A stretch of 60,494 nucleotides of DNA, counting the filler, from Sphacelaria rigidula (taxonomy: Eukaryota), in assembly GCA_964200075.2 (NCBI GenBank). It is 10 parts of 10 records of this genome, joined end to end, with 100 filler letters (N's around TTAATTAATTAA, not from the genome) between each part and the next. Parts side by side here need not be neighbours in the genome. Positions count along the whole stretch, not along the records: positions 30,300 to 36,258 come from CAXNAA020023203.1; positions 36,359 to 42,317 come from CAXNAA020023204.1; positions 42,418 to 48,376 come from CAXNAA020023205.1; 7 more parts are not named here. The stretch is one strand, 5' to 3'. Below are positions 34,640-46,900 of this stretch, piece after piece (the stretch's first letter is position 1; every line of letters begins with the position of its first letter). Both the position numbers and the translations under genes were made by a program. The notes beneath the pieces were generated by a model, which made no database searches, was not told the origin of the DNA, and saw only the letters and a program-made list of their open reading frames with translations.

Positions 34640-36358
34640 GTGGGCAATGGGTATCGTATGATTGAGTCTCGGCACCTCCCTACTTCCAATCCCCTCTTGG
34701 GGGCAAAAAACAACAATTTTCCGTCTTTGCCGAAACCGGATGTGACGCACGCTGAGTGCATGTGCAGGTAGCCCCACCGGCTGCCGGAGTCACTAAGTAC
34801 ACACATATACTCGTTTTGTGACCTGCTCGTTTCCTACCTCCTTTATATGCGGGAATGGGGGTGGCTTCTGTGCACTTGTGAGGTGTTGTTTGGTGTGGCC
34901 GTGGCGCGCTTCCTCGCAGTGCACCGTTTTATTGCGGAGCAAGGCAATTGTCACGAGAGATCTTGATGGGTTGAGCAAACGACGTACCTGAGTGGGGCGC
35001 TGCATCGCCGTGCTTTTCGTTATTCATTCAGACGTCACCCGCTGGTGTACAGCTCTATCTGAACCTTCGCTCTCTGAATCTCAGCCCTGAACCCCAACTG
35101 TAGAGCTTACAATATAGAGCCGCGGAGCCGGTCTGGCTACTAGACTAACACCGGCTACAGTACTGGTTCCCGGACCGTTCCTGTCGGTACTTTGTACTGA
35201 ACCGCACTGGCTCCTACCAGGCTGGTTGACTATATGCCCGAGAATCTACGTATGAGATCTATGTCCAATACATAATCTGCACAGTGGGGAGTGGCGTCCC
35301 CAAGCCGGCCAAGGGGAGCTAACGACGAGATCAGCACAGCGACGTGATGAGATATCCAACAGCAGCAAGGAGGGCAGAACTCGATGAGAATGGGCCGTTT
35401 GGAGCTCTTCAAAATTTTGAGACTTCTTCAGAAAAATGTTTCTTCGATAGAAGTGGGCGTGAGACGAAGCAAAAGTGAACAAACCTAAATTTGGCTGAGG
35501 CACAACGCTGTTTTTTTTAATATCTTGCCCGGTGCTAGATGTTTTATTGTTTGTTTGCCTGTCACATGTTTTAATCACCAGTCTCAACTTTCTCTTCCTT
35601 ATTTTCACTGGCGAACATCGCTGATATGGAGTGTGTTGCAACAGGGTAGACGGGACGTTTTTAGAGCGCTCATCATAGTACACCCTAGCGTCATAATTAC
35701 ACGATCAACGCCGCAAGTACCACGTTGTGTACATGGCCCTCAAGGTGGTTGGCGTGCGCGTACATTATGCTGCTGCTGTTTTGCACATACGTTGAGAATA
35801 CTACAGACAACGTGGAGCACAATGAGTGTCTCAGAGCCTCGTCTTGGTTGATATCAGAAGCCCACCTGGTGGAGCAGCGGTACAGTGGTCTGCATCTTCT
35901 CGTATCCAGAATAAGCAGGCTTTTCGGTTGGCTGTTCTTCAGTATCCTGTGGTAGATTTCGAGGTTTTTTTCTTGGGCCAAATTTGTCGCGTGAAGAAAA
36001 AAAAACACTTTTTCAGGGCCAGCACCCAGTTTGGCGTACAAGTTGTTGTGCATATTTATTTGCATGCCAATGCCACCGCACCCGGGTGATCTAGTGGTCC
36101 AACTACTGTACACCATTTGGGTGGACACAACGTAGCTTCGATTCCTGCCGGATGCGTTTGGGTACTTTTGCTCACAAGAAGCTGATTTGAGCAATGCTAC
36201 GGTAGGGGTGAACTTTTTTCGAGAATTTTTTGTCTGGTTCAGGGGCTCCTAACGATTCNNNNNNNNNNNNNNNNNNNNNNNNNNNNNNNNNNNNNNNNNN
36301 NNTTAATTAATTAANNNNNNNNNNNNNNNNNNNNNNNNNNNNNNNNNNNNNNNNNNNN

Positions 36359-37978
36359 CTACACTCCGGGCACAGAACGGTAAAATGGTCGGTAGTTCGA
36401 AGGGGAAGAGAGAAGTGCTAGTCGAGCATAACCGTAAACTAGGAACACCAAAAACAAACACGAGGTTCGACACGGGATTAGAGAAAGAGGTCAACGAGTG
36501 GGCAGCAGCAAATGTAGAGACGTCGAAACGGAAGGATAGTGGCGGGAAAGAATTGCAGAGATAATTTACTAGAGATGAAGTAAAGGAGTCCGTAGCTAAA
36601 CTCAAAAACAAAAAGGCAGCAGGCGCAGACGGAATAGTGAAGCCATTTGATGAAGTATGAGGGGGAAGGAATGATTGCCATGATGATTATGCTGTATAAC
36701 TGGACATGGAAAACGAGTACACACCTAAGAGGTGGAGAGAAGGACTAGTTGTCAATATTTTCAAAAAAGGAGACGAGACTGACCAGGAAAATTATAGAGG
36801 GATAACGCTACTGAGCACGGTAGGGAACACATTATGTAAGGTTCTGAACGATAGAGTAGGAACGGTACTAGAGAAGGACTAAAATATCAGTGAGGGACAA
36901 GTAGGTTTCAGACCAAACCGTAATTGCGTAGATTATGTGTACACACTAGGTAAGATTGTTCAAGATAGGAAAGACACCGGGTTGAGAACGTACTGTTTCT
37001 TTTTAGACGTGCAAAAGGCCTACGACACAGTATGCAGAAATGAGCTGTGGAAGAAGTTATGGGAAGCTGGGATCACAGGAAATATGTGGAGAATGGTGAA
37101 GATGGCAGAATGTGCCAAAAGTGCCTTGATTCTAGACGAGGAAATATCCAATTAATTTTTTTTTTCACAAGGAGTTGCACAAGGATGTATGTACCTTATC
37201 ACCCACTTTATTCAAGGTATTTATTGATGACTTGATACAAGCAATAAAAGCAGAAAATCAAGGAGTCAAGGTGGGTGAAGATGTGATTTCAGGGTTGATG
37301 TTCGCGGATGATTTTGTGGGGATTTCAGGAACAGCAGAAGGATTGCAGACACAGATAGACAAGGCGCTAGAATACACTAGGAAATGGAGAGGGACAGCGA
37401 ATGTCAGCAAATGCGCGGTACTCGTCTGTAACAAAGATGAGAAAAAATGGGTAGAGTTCAAGTGGAAGTGAGGAGAAGAGGAACTGCACATCATAGACGA
37501 GTATACATACCTTGGGGTAGATATATTAAAACACTGTTATTGGGATGCACACAAAATAAAGTAATACAAAAGGGTAAGGCATAGGTTGGCAGGATGGACG
37601 TGATCATCAGAGATTCGCACCTAGGCACTAGCTCAAGAGATGTATCCTGATGAAAGTGATTGTACAAAAGCTGGAATATGCAGGAGAAGTATGGGAGGGG
37701 AACGTGAAGTTGGTGAAAAAGTTGGAAACAGTACAGATGGCAGCAGCTAAGATGGTACCTGGATGCTCGAAAACGACAAGTAGTACAGTTTTGAGAGCAG
37801 AGTTGGGAATGTACTCACTTAGAACAAACAGAGACACGAGGAAATTGCGATGGCGATATAGCCTGAAGAACATGTAGAGAAAGAGACTGCAAGCTATAGT
37901 TGATGAGGCTGTACGAAAGAAAATTTCGAAAAGGAAGACTGGAAGGAGATCGGAGGAAACCAAGACGAAATACTGCAT
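36359..37978 (+). pseudogene. LINE reverse transcriptase pseudogene
   Basis: RT motifs KAAGADG, NYRGITLLS, FFLDVQKAYDTV, LSPTLFKVFIDDL, GLMFADDFV and YTYLGV, with multiple stops and frameshifts. Confidence 0.93.
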
Positions 37979-38305
37979 ACGTCGGACGAGCACGAGTGTG
38001 ATTCGTGGCACTCGTTGGGCTCCGCGTTGGCCGCGAAAATGAATAGGGCGAGCACTCGAGTCATTGCTCGTTGTGGAAGAAGTTAATAGGACGAGCACTC
38101 GTGTCATTGCTCGTTGTGGAAACCAGCTACTAGGGCGAGCACTCGAGTCATTGCTCGTTGTGGAAACAAACTGATAGGACGAGCACTCGAGTCATTGCTC
38201 GTTGTGGAAACAAACTGATAAGGCGAGCACTCGAGTCATTGCTCGTTGTGGAAACAAACTGATAGGGCAAGCACTCGAGTCATTGCTCGTTGTAAAACAA
38301 ATTAA

Positions 38306-39321
38306 CCCCTTTGGGACCGGGCCCCCAGAACGACCAATCAGGCAGGTTAGGAATGACGTGTCTCATGACGTTTGCACGAAACAGTGGCATGTCGTTGAAA
38401 ATCCGCGTATGTAACCGCAGGGTTATGACGAAGACCGAAAGTTTCATCCAATCTATTTTCAGGTGCAGGGTGCGCATTAGGTAATGTACATCTGATGTAG
38501 AAAGCAGTATGGGTCGCGGTAGAGAGCTTCCAAAAGGATGCGACCGGCGGGCCGCCCGCCACTTGTGGTCTTGGATGATAATAATGTCCCCATCACCTTG
38601 CCACACAGCCCTCTGTGGCCGGGGTGGACCGCCATATCCCTCTTTGTTGCATGCGACAACTTCTGTTCAAAGGGTTTGGGCGTTGCGGCGCACACGTATA
38701 CAGTACAGTACAGTACAGTACGCCTCCCCGGCTGCAGCAGCAGCTGCCGCTGCATACTCCCTTGCACGTTCTGGGCAGTTCTCAGCGACGGAGATCAGCT
38801 GCCTATGCATAGCTTGTTCATCCTCGCCCACTACATACATGTTCACAGTGTTCTGCAAGTCATTCGCAGAGGGATGAGCAGAATTCATGACGATAGCTCC
38901 TTTTCTCTTTCCACGGCCCACCTGGGTTTAGTGCCTCGTGAACATGACCACATTATGGCATGTACACTCCTTCTCAGTTTTCCCACTCAATCCTGTGTAA
39001 GGGTAATTACTACGTTTTAGTATAGGCTGGCGACCCAAGAAAACTCCTGGGAAACCCCGGGAACGCTGTACTGGATGCAAGTAGTACCATAAGCCATGCT
39101 CCTGAATCCTGGGAAGGCTCATCTGGGCCAGGGTTAGGGCCCCCACACGATCTTTGCAGTGACATCACACTCGGCAACAGTCCCCGAGCTGGTCGTTCGG
39201 GTCTGGTCGGTAAATTTCGCCTCGCCGTGATTAGGCAGATCGCTCCCTGACTTATTTTCTACTATTTCACGAAGACATGGTCAACCTCTTGTTAGTGGGG
39301 GGTCGGTCCCATGCAAAAGGG
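38306..39321. mobile_element. piggyBac-like non-autonomous or decayed element 1
   Basis: TTAA|CCCCTTTGGGACCG ... CGGTCCCATGCAAAAGGG|TCAA. The repeat unit resumes in register after it. Confidence 0.7.
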
Positions 39322-39412
39322 TCAATAGGGCGAGCACTCGAGTCATTGGTCGTTGTGGAAACAAACTAATAGGGCGAGTATTCGAGTCATCGCTCCTCGT
39401 GGAAAAAGTTTA

Positions 39413-40941
39413 CCCTTTTGGAACCTTCCCCTCTTGTCCCCTGGCCAAACGCCTCATTATGAGAAGCCCTGACAAAGAGGAAAACGTGGAAACAGAATAG
39501 GCCGACGGCAACCATTTTTATCATGGAAGACCGAAGAAGAATGTCCTCCCTGGAGAAGTTGGGTAAGGTTTGTCCAATCGTACCACGCAACAGATGAAGT
39601 GTGTCCAATTATATCCATCGACAATAATCAGCAAAACCACTATTAAACATTCCATTCAAAAAATAGCAATGGGCTCCAGGGTCCAACCTGGCACGTTTGT
39701 ATATTAGCATCTGTAGATAAGGGAAGCATGACGGGCTACAGCATCGGGTGGCGAGTTTGCCAAGTCACACCGTACATACAGCATAGTATGGCTGAACCCA
39801 GCGAAATCTCGTCACCACATGTGGAAGGCATAATGGGTTGTGCGGGTGGTGCATTGCGGGCGTAATCGCAGGCGTCCGAACAGGCGACATACATGTACAC
39901 GGGAGGGAGCCAACGGGCACCGCCTACCGTAATCAGGCCAGATGAAACACACTACAGTCAGTAAATACAGTAGGTTACAGTATTGACTTGCGGCAACACT
40001 CCGTGCAAGATAAATATGAGCATGTCGTGAATAGTCGGCCACGAAAGTAGACGGCACGAGACCATAGCGGTAGCCGGTGTCATGAATCTCATGCAGCATG
40101 AAGTATGTCTGTGCAACGGTCGGGAACGATCAACCCGCGGTATAGATGCGGTGGGGCAACTGTGCCTTTCGCTACGACGTTGTGTAATAGTCAACCCGCA
40201 GTATGATGTTGTCGGCACGAACTTGACAGACCGCAGTTCTGTGCATGCCTCGCGTTTTACAGATATATTTTCAAAATAAATACAGACATGGCACGAAGCA
40301 GTAAGGCATCACCCCTGGGGCGACGGCACTTGGCAGACTCTACACCACAGTGACGGTGCATAACTGCAGGGCACATGGCGTCTGCGTCGCCTTTACGCAT
40401 TTTTTTAAACGGCGGGATGGTGCTGTCGGAACGTGCATGAGCGCGATGTTGTGCATGACGTGAGTCTGCAGTCGAGATTACCCCAAAGTGCTGTAAACAC
40501 ACCCAGTACTGTACAGGGTAGTATCGCAGCACCCCCGGCGGCACGGAAAGGTGACTGCCTGGAATTTGATTACACCGGCAGTTCATAAATGTAGCAAATG
40601 TGCCATCGGCGTTGCCGTTGTTGCTATGACGCTGCAAAGAGTATAAACTGCAGCGGGCAGGGCGTGCAGGCCAGGCGGGGAGCATGCTTCACACAGGCCT
40701 GCCGCGCACTGTGGCCAGGGAAGCAGCTCATGAGTGTAGAAAAAAAACGCCGACGAGTCCTGGACCTCGCCGCAGCAAGAAAATAGAAAACCTTCTCTTG
40801 TTCCACTTGTCACTCATATGGGTCTGAAAAATCCGCGTTGGGCCAAAAATGTTGCGTCTAAAGCTGTGAACCATCAACCATATCTTGCTCAATAACCGTC
40901 AATTGCAAATGATCAGTTTTCCATTGTGAGTTCCAACAGGG
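39413..40941. mobile_element. piggyBac-like non-autonomous or decayed element 2
   Basis: TTTA|CCCTTTTGGAAC ... GTTCCAACAGGG|TTAA. The repeat unit resumes in register after it. Confidence 0.75.
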
Positions 40942-41109
40942 TTAATAAGGCGAGCACTCGAGTCATCGCTCGTTGTGGGAACAAACTGATAGGGCGAGCA
41001 CTCGAGTCATTGCTCATTGTGGGAACAAACTAATAGGGCGAGCACTCGAGTCATTGCTCGTTGTAAAACAGTAATGATTCGAGCGCACGAGTCACGCTCG
41101 TTGTGTTTA

Positions 41110-41340
41110 AAAAAAAATGGTGGCTATACTAGGAGATAGATGGTGGCCACAGACGGCGAAAGGACGGGGATAAGATATGTAGAAGGTTTTTGTGGAATGT
41201 ATCGAAAAAACGTAGTGAGCGCCGGAATGTTGAAGGTGTCTCTATTAGGAGAAGGAACGGTGCTCCGTCTCAAAAGGGATGTGTGGTCAGTGGTCAAACG
41301 ACTAAGGCAAGCAACAAATGAGCACGCCCCGTCTCCGCGA
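41110..41340 (+). mobile_element. LINE 3' end (same family as 6061-7045)
   Basis: Aligns by eye to 6810-7025 and ends GACTAAGGCAAGCAACAAATGAGCACGCCCC. Confidence 0.85.
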
Positions 41341-43155
41341 CCCCACCTTCNNNNNNNNNNGCTCAAACCCCCACGGCAAACAACCAATGGGCACCCCCTC
41401 CCCCCCCCCCCCTATCGGAACCCCCCCTTCCCCCCCCCTTCCCCTGGGAACTCCCGGATGTTCCTGGACTGTCAGCCTGTGGAGCTGTTTACTGTTCCGA
41501 AGCAACGCTCGCTGAATAAGGGTTGCACGCTGTGTAAGTGCTGTTGCTGTCGGTGACAACTACAATGTCAGTCATTCATTTTGTTTCCGAAGAGACCAGG
41601 TGTAGCCATGTATTCACGTATGTGCACATCCATCAGCAGGAGCGTTTGGTTGTGAAACACCAAGTTACATCGATGCGCGGTAGAATACATGAGCGGAAGT
41701 AGATACCTTCACAAGTCCCAGGGCGGGTGACGCGGGCAAACGAAGCCGACAGCATGCAGATCATATGTCAGCAGCGGCGACGCCGATACCCCTAGTGCCA
41801 TCAAATACGTTGCCGGCGTGTTTTCACCTTTGAAATAAATAACTATGTGAGAGCATAATACATTTGTTGTGTCCGGAAACGTTTACGCCGTCTCTTATTT
41901 ATCGAAGTAAAAACGAGCGTATTGCCCCCGGCTCTAGTGCTGGCGGCCATGTAGCAGTTTATGTTTACTCAAGGATCACGATGGCGTTCCGGCGTCTTCT
42001 ACTCCGTGTGAATTGACACCACAACTACATGATGTGTACGAACCACGGTTCTCGACTCATACCTCCCAGATACATGTAAGTAGCTAGTAACACTATATCT
42101 TCCGTGTGGATCACCCGAAAATCACACTTTCTTTGTGGGTTTGTGATGTTGACGCAGGCAGCTGTTCCCGGTGGAAATCTCTCCCCTCCCCCCCCCCCCT
42201 TTAGCCTGGTCCGGCGAGAACCTGGTGTGCTCCGCCCCAGCTTTGCAGGGGCGGACCCCCGATGGGGTTGGCGTCGGTTGGCGATGACGCTATAAAACAC
42301 GCCACTCACTACGGAAGNNNNNNNNNNNNNNNNNNNNNNNNNNNNNNNNNNNNNNNNNNNNTTAATTAATTAANNNNNNNNNNNNNNNNNNNNNNNNNNN
42401 NNNNNNNNNNNNNNNNNAATCCTCCGGGTTCTCATCCTCAATCAAAAGCACCATCCTCAACATAGATGATTGGCTGTTTGAGGGTGTACGATGAATCAAC
42501 CAACCTGATCGTTGCTCCCGTATCAAGGTCAAGTTGAGGTCTGGCAACGCACACTTTGCGTAGAAAACACTTTGAAACCCCCTTGCCCGAGACTCCGCGG
42601 TATGCTTTCGTTGGAGTTAGGGTTTAGGGTTAGGGGTGATGTTGCTGTCATTCGAAGTCATGATGAATTTCGGGGCTGCTCACCCATCCCAAGTGAAGAA
42701 CTTACCCTATGAAAACGCCCGAAGATGACTCGTTGGGAATTTCGTGTAGTAAATATTGGTCATCTCACTGAACATGTACCTATTTATTGTTAATTTGGAA
42801 CTCATGAGGTCCCGCCCTCAAAACGCAAGCGGGTCTGGAGGGATAGTCTGAGACCGATGAGACGATGTCCGCCCCCACCAACTGGCGTGTTATTTTCCCT
42901 GCGCAGTTGTTTGCCAGGTTGAGAATTTCAGACTCTTATGCGATTTAAAAGTAGTCAATGAAATTTGTGCGTAGGGCAAGGTGGTTGAAATCACCTTGGA
43001 TTTCACGGTAGATTAATGCCAGCCAACGGGATGTTCTGTGAGCGCATGAAGCCTCCGAATCGGCTAGAAGTATTCAGCGAGGTCGACCGCGTGATCTGTC
43101 TGCTGCATCTCCTCCGAAAACATCCACTCTCCAAAATTCGACCCGCCTTCGACCA

Positions 43156-43413
43156 ATGCTACGGTAGGGGTGCACTTTTTTCGCGAAATTTTGTCTGGTG
43201 GTGCAGGGGCTCCTAGCGATTCTAGACGCACAAGAATATGGCCCAGGGCATGCGCGTTTGCAGATTCATTCGGGATATCCCCAGCACATTGAAACATTGA
43301 AACAGTAATCCTGGCGTACTCTCGCATATTTTCATAAGTCGTGTTTCGGATGAGATGAAGGGCTCCTAACAATTCTAACCTCGGAAATTATTTGTGTACC
43401 CCCACCGTAGCAT
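43156..43413. mobile_element. MITE (TIR ATGCTACGGTRGGGG); partial copy at 36194-36258
   Basis: ATGCTACGGTAGGGGTGCAC / GTACCCCCACCGTAGCAT. The left end is shared with 36194-36258. Confidence 0.75.
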
Positions 43414-43550
43414 CACTCCTTCGAATGTTGCATTTAGAACCACGTCGTAGATATAGTAGTGCTTTCGTTGCCTTGTGTTGTACGAAATCTATTGGGAGAG
43501 GTCACCGTGTTGCGACGCCTGTCTTCCTCCGCTTCATTTCCTTGTTGTAT

Positions 43551-43756
43551 CTGTAATGCGTGAGAGGACCGCGTGCTTACAGGACCGCATCGGAATTTGA
43601 ACACTCCTATGGTTAGGGTTAGTGTTAGTGTTGGTGTTAGGGTCAGGGGCGTGGTACCTGCAGGGACTGACCTGATTGGTTTCGAAAACGTCGATTCTGA
43701 GGTATTTTAAATTACGGCGCGGTCCTCTAAGCACGCGTTCCTCTCACGCATTACAG
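43551..43756. mobile_element. MITE with internal telomere-like repeats (copy 2)
   Basis: 29-bp TIR CTGTAATGCGTGAGAGGACCGCGTGCTTA / TAAGCACGCGTTCCTCTCACGCATTACAG, TAT on both flanks, internal GGTTAGGGTTAGTGTTAGTGTTGGTGTTAGGG. Confidence 0.88.
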
Positions 43757-43900
43757 TATCAACCGCCTCTTTTAGTGGGCACCAGAACGCTCGTTAGGTT
43801 GCAACCGAGGATTTAGTATTTTTGGTTTCACTCACCGCCCTCAACATATTCCAACCAACGATGCTGTGGCTGAATTTCCCGGGATGGCTTGACCCTGCAG

Positions 43901-46900
43901 CTCTCGAACAAGGGATGACTGCCCAGGACGACGTTGATCTGGCTGAGTCCGTGGCACACCGCGAACTTCGCCACCGCCGCCGTCGCCGGAGGGGGGAAAA
44001 GGTGATGATTTGATGTACCACGTGTACTTCAGCAGTAGGGTAATACCGGGTTTTCGGGTGCGAGGTAAAAGAGACAACAAGGCGTTCGAGTCCGGCTCTG
44101 AAGAAGCAGCAGCATGCAGCAAGCAAAAATGTGAAGCAGGCAGATTAATGGGTGCCCGCCTGTCGTTCACGATCTCACGAAAATTCAGCGGGACAAATGC
44201 AGGCACTTTTACTGCCCTTCGGACTGGACGCCCATCAACGACTACTGGAAGAAATGCCGCGGCAAGTGCGACAAGTACGAGTGCTGCTACAAGGGTAAGT
44301 AGGGGACTTAACAGCGAATTCTGCTCCTTGGTGTGAATTTCGCATTGATTGGCCTCACGTTCATCGAGACCAGCCAAAGACAAGGAGGCAAGACGCACAC
44401 TCCACCTCACATGGCTGGACATCAGGAGTTGACACGCCAACCCGTGGTTTTTTTGTCCAATAAGGAACGGTATCGTATAGATCGGGCCGCGAAAAACTGC
44501 ATGTTTCCCCTCTTGTACACACGCGATGACCAATTCTCTCGCTTCCATGCATGTCGCAGAGAAAAAGAAGACGTGCAAGGACGACTACTACTGCCCCGCG
44601 GGATACTCAAACGTTGGCAACAAGGAGTGCCGCGGTGATTGCGACGAACACGAATGCTGCGAAAAGAGTAAGTCGACTCGGTAAATCGGAGAACCTAAGC
44701 GGGCGTAGCACTCGGTATTTGTGTATTAGCAAAGAAGGGATGCTTGCAGCGCATAACTGTAAAGTATCACATAAAACGAGTTTCCGGCATTCCATGCCTT
44801 GTCCTGTGCGCCCACCTAACGTCTACTCTCCTCCTTACCCGTACGTTTATCACAAAGAAAAAAAGAACGCGTGGATACGATTACATGTATGTACCCCCAT
44901 GGGGCCTCCTAAATCTTGGTATCACATGTCACACACGTTCTTTGCGGTTCACCTATCCACCACTACATGTGTATTCTAGCATGAAGACCGAGCACTTGGA
45001 CGGAAAAAAAAATATTCGTTGGGCGTACTCTTGAGGGAAGTAATCAAGTAGCTGGGTTTTCGAGTCCCCAACCGATGATGTTGTAGCACCCAACTGTACC
45101 ACACCGTGAAAGTGTTCGGCGTTACAGTAGATTCGCCTTTTCATGCGATGACTACAGAGAAGACGAGCGAAGACGACTACTAACTACTGCATATTGCTCG
45201 GGCTACCGGGTGAATACAAATGTTGCAAGATGGGCGAGGTTTGACAATCTTCGTAGTGGGTTGCTCTTGAATCAACTCGCGGGGCAGTACTTCAAATTCA
45301 GCATGTAATGACGACGGTCACGTTGTTCTCGTTGAATATCTCACCCCACGGTGTTGTGCGGGCTATCGTCGTCGTGATGCGAAGGCACGCGGGATAGCAC
45401 ACGAAACATGTCGTGCTCGGGCAAAACGAGGAAATCTACATGTTGGGGAAGTTGACAGTGGTTCTTGCAAGTTTGCGCATCCGGCGCTAAGTTTGAAGAG
45501 TTATTACGAGCTGGTTCAGATTAAACGCCCAAAATCCATTCCCCGGGACTTCCTCACGCCGTTTATTCGAGTTAGACCACGAAAATGTGCACACAAATTC
45601 TTGAGGGCACGATCTAAAACTCGATGACGGTTTTTTTGTTATTTCGTGTCGAGGTTTCGGGATCTGACCCCTCCCCCGGTCAAGTAGGTCAACCGCGACC
45701 TTGGATAAAACTCCACCAACGAATAAAATAAAATAAAAACGGTGTTCGAGTCATAGATAGTGCCCTCCCGAAGAACATGTCTGCAAATTTTCGTGGTCTA
45801 ATTCGAAAAAACAGCGTGAGGAAAATTTAAATGACAAAACGTGTAATTACGTGATTGAAGTACAGGATCGCCTTGTCGGGGGGTTGTTTTTACGGTAAAA
45901 GACCCAGCCGATTCAGTTTTTCGAGTTGAGCAACGACAAGTGGTACACATGTTCCTTGGGATATCACCTAACCCCATGATGTCGAACGTTTGGTGTTGGG
46001 GCATTCTGTACCGCTTCCCTGGGGCCTTTATTTTGGGACCCCCGGAAGCCGGTAGAGAACGAAGAAACTTTGGCATCTTGCCAATAATATAATTATTCAA
46101 TTCAGAGCATCGATACCTACGGAACTGCTAAGTTTGAGGGTGATCCGAGATTTCTCCAACAGATGGAAGGGAAATCGTCTCAAGCTCCGTGGGTCTTCCG
46201 TAAGTATCATGAGTGGAAATTAGACGACGCCAAGCCTCCACATCACCGAAACATTATTACGGTTTCGGGCAATATTCGACCCCGTTGGAACCGTTTTTGA
46301 ATCTGTTTCTCCCGTTAGATTCCCAAGCTAATGACGGTTACTAAGATTTGAACCATGTGAAGATTCGGCGTGAAGTGGGCTTGGAATTCTTGTTTTCAAT
46401 TTCGGACCAAATTAAAAGGCGCTGATTGGTCGAGACATATTTTTGTCCGAAGCGCCACTGCTATAGCCTTGATAAAAAAATTCCGGCTATGTAACTTTTT
46501 TCGTCTGTTCATTGCGGTCAGTATGATACAATATTTGTGTATATTGGCTGGGTTTTGCGTTCGTCATCAGCCGGGGAATAAATTATGGGTATTCAATCTG
46601 AACCACTCTGTTGGCGCTGAAATTTAGACCCGACATTTTTTTTTTTTTATCGTGAACGCATGCAACATTTCTTGGTATGCCGATGTCAGGGGAAAACAGA
46701 ACAGAAGGTTGGGGCGATTTGTCAGCAAAAATTGAAAAATTAATGATAACTCCGTGAAAAATGCAAAACGGTGTGATATCCCAGTTGATGTTGTATGGAT
46801 TGTGGAGAACAAATTCTGGTTGAAATTCGACAAAAGAAATCTTACTTCTTAGCCTAGCCTGGCACTTCCCGTGTAACACCACTGCGCCCCTCCCTGTAAT

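Larger units (their letters stand above)
38046..41075. repeat. 44-bp tandem repeat array (11 units) interrupted by two large insertions
   Basis: Unit GGGCGAGCACTCGAGTCATTGCTCGTTGTGGAAACAAACTRATA at 38046, 38089, 38133, 38177, 38221, 38265, 39328, 39372, 40948, 40992 and 41036. Confidence 0.95.

Noticed and set aside
38046..38305. Palindromic direct repeats resembling a CRISPR array
   Set aside because: The units are contiguous 43-44-mers with no unique spacers, there are no cas genes, and the context is eukaryotic.
43841..44578. 245-aa minus-strand ORF with a hydrophobic stretch
   Set aside because: It is the antisense shadow of the plus-strand Cys-module exons, which have proper splice signals and a repeated motif.
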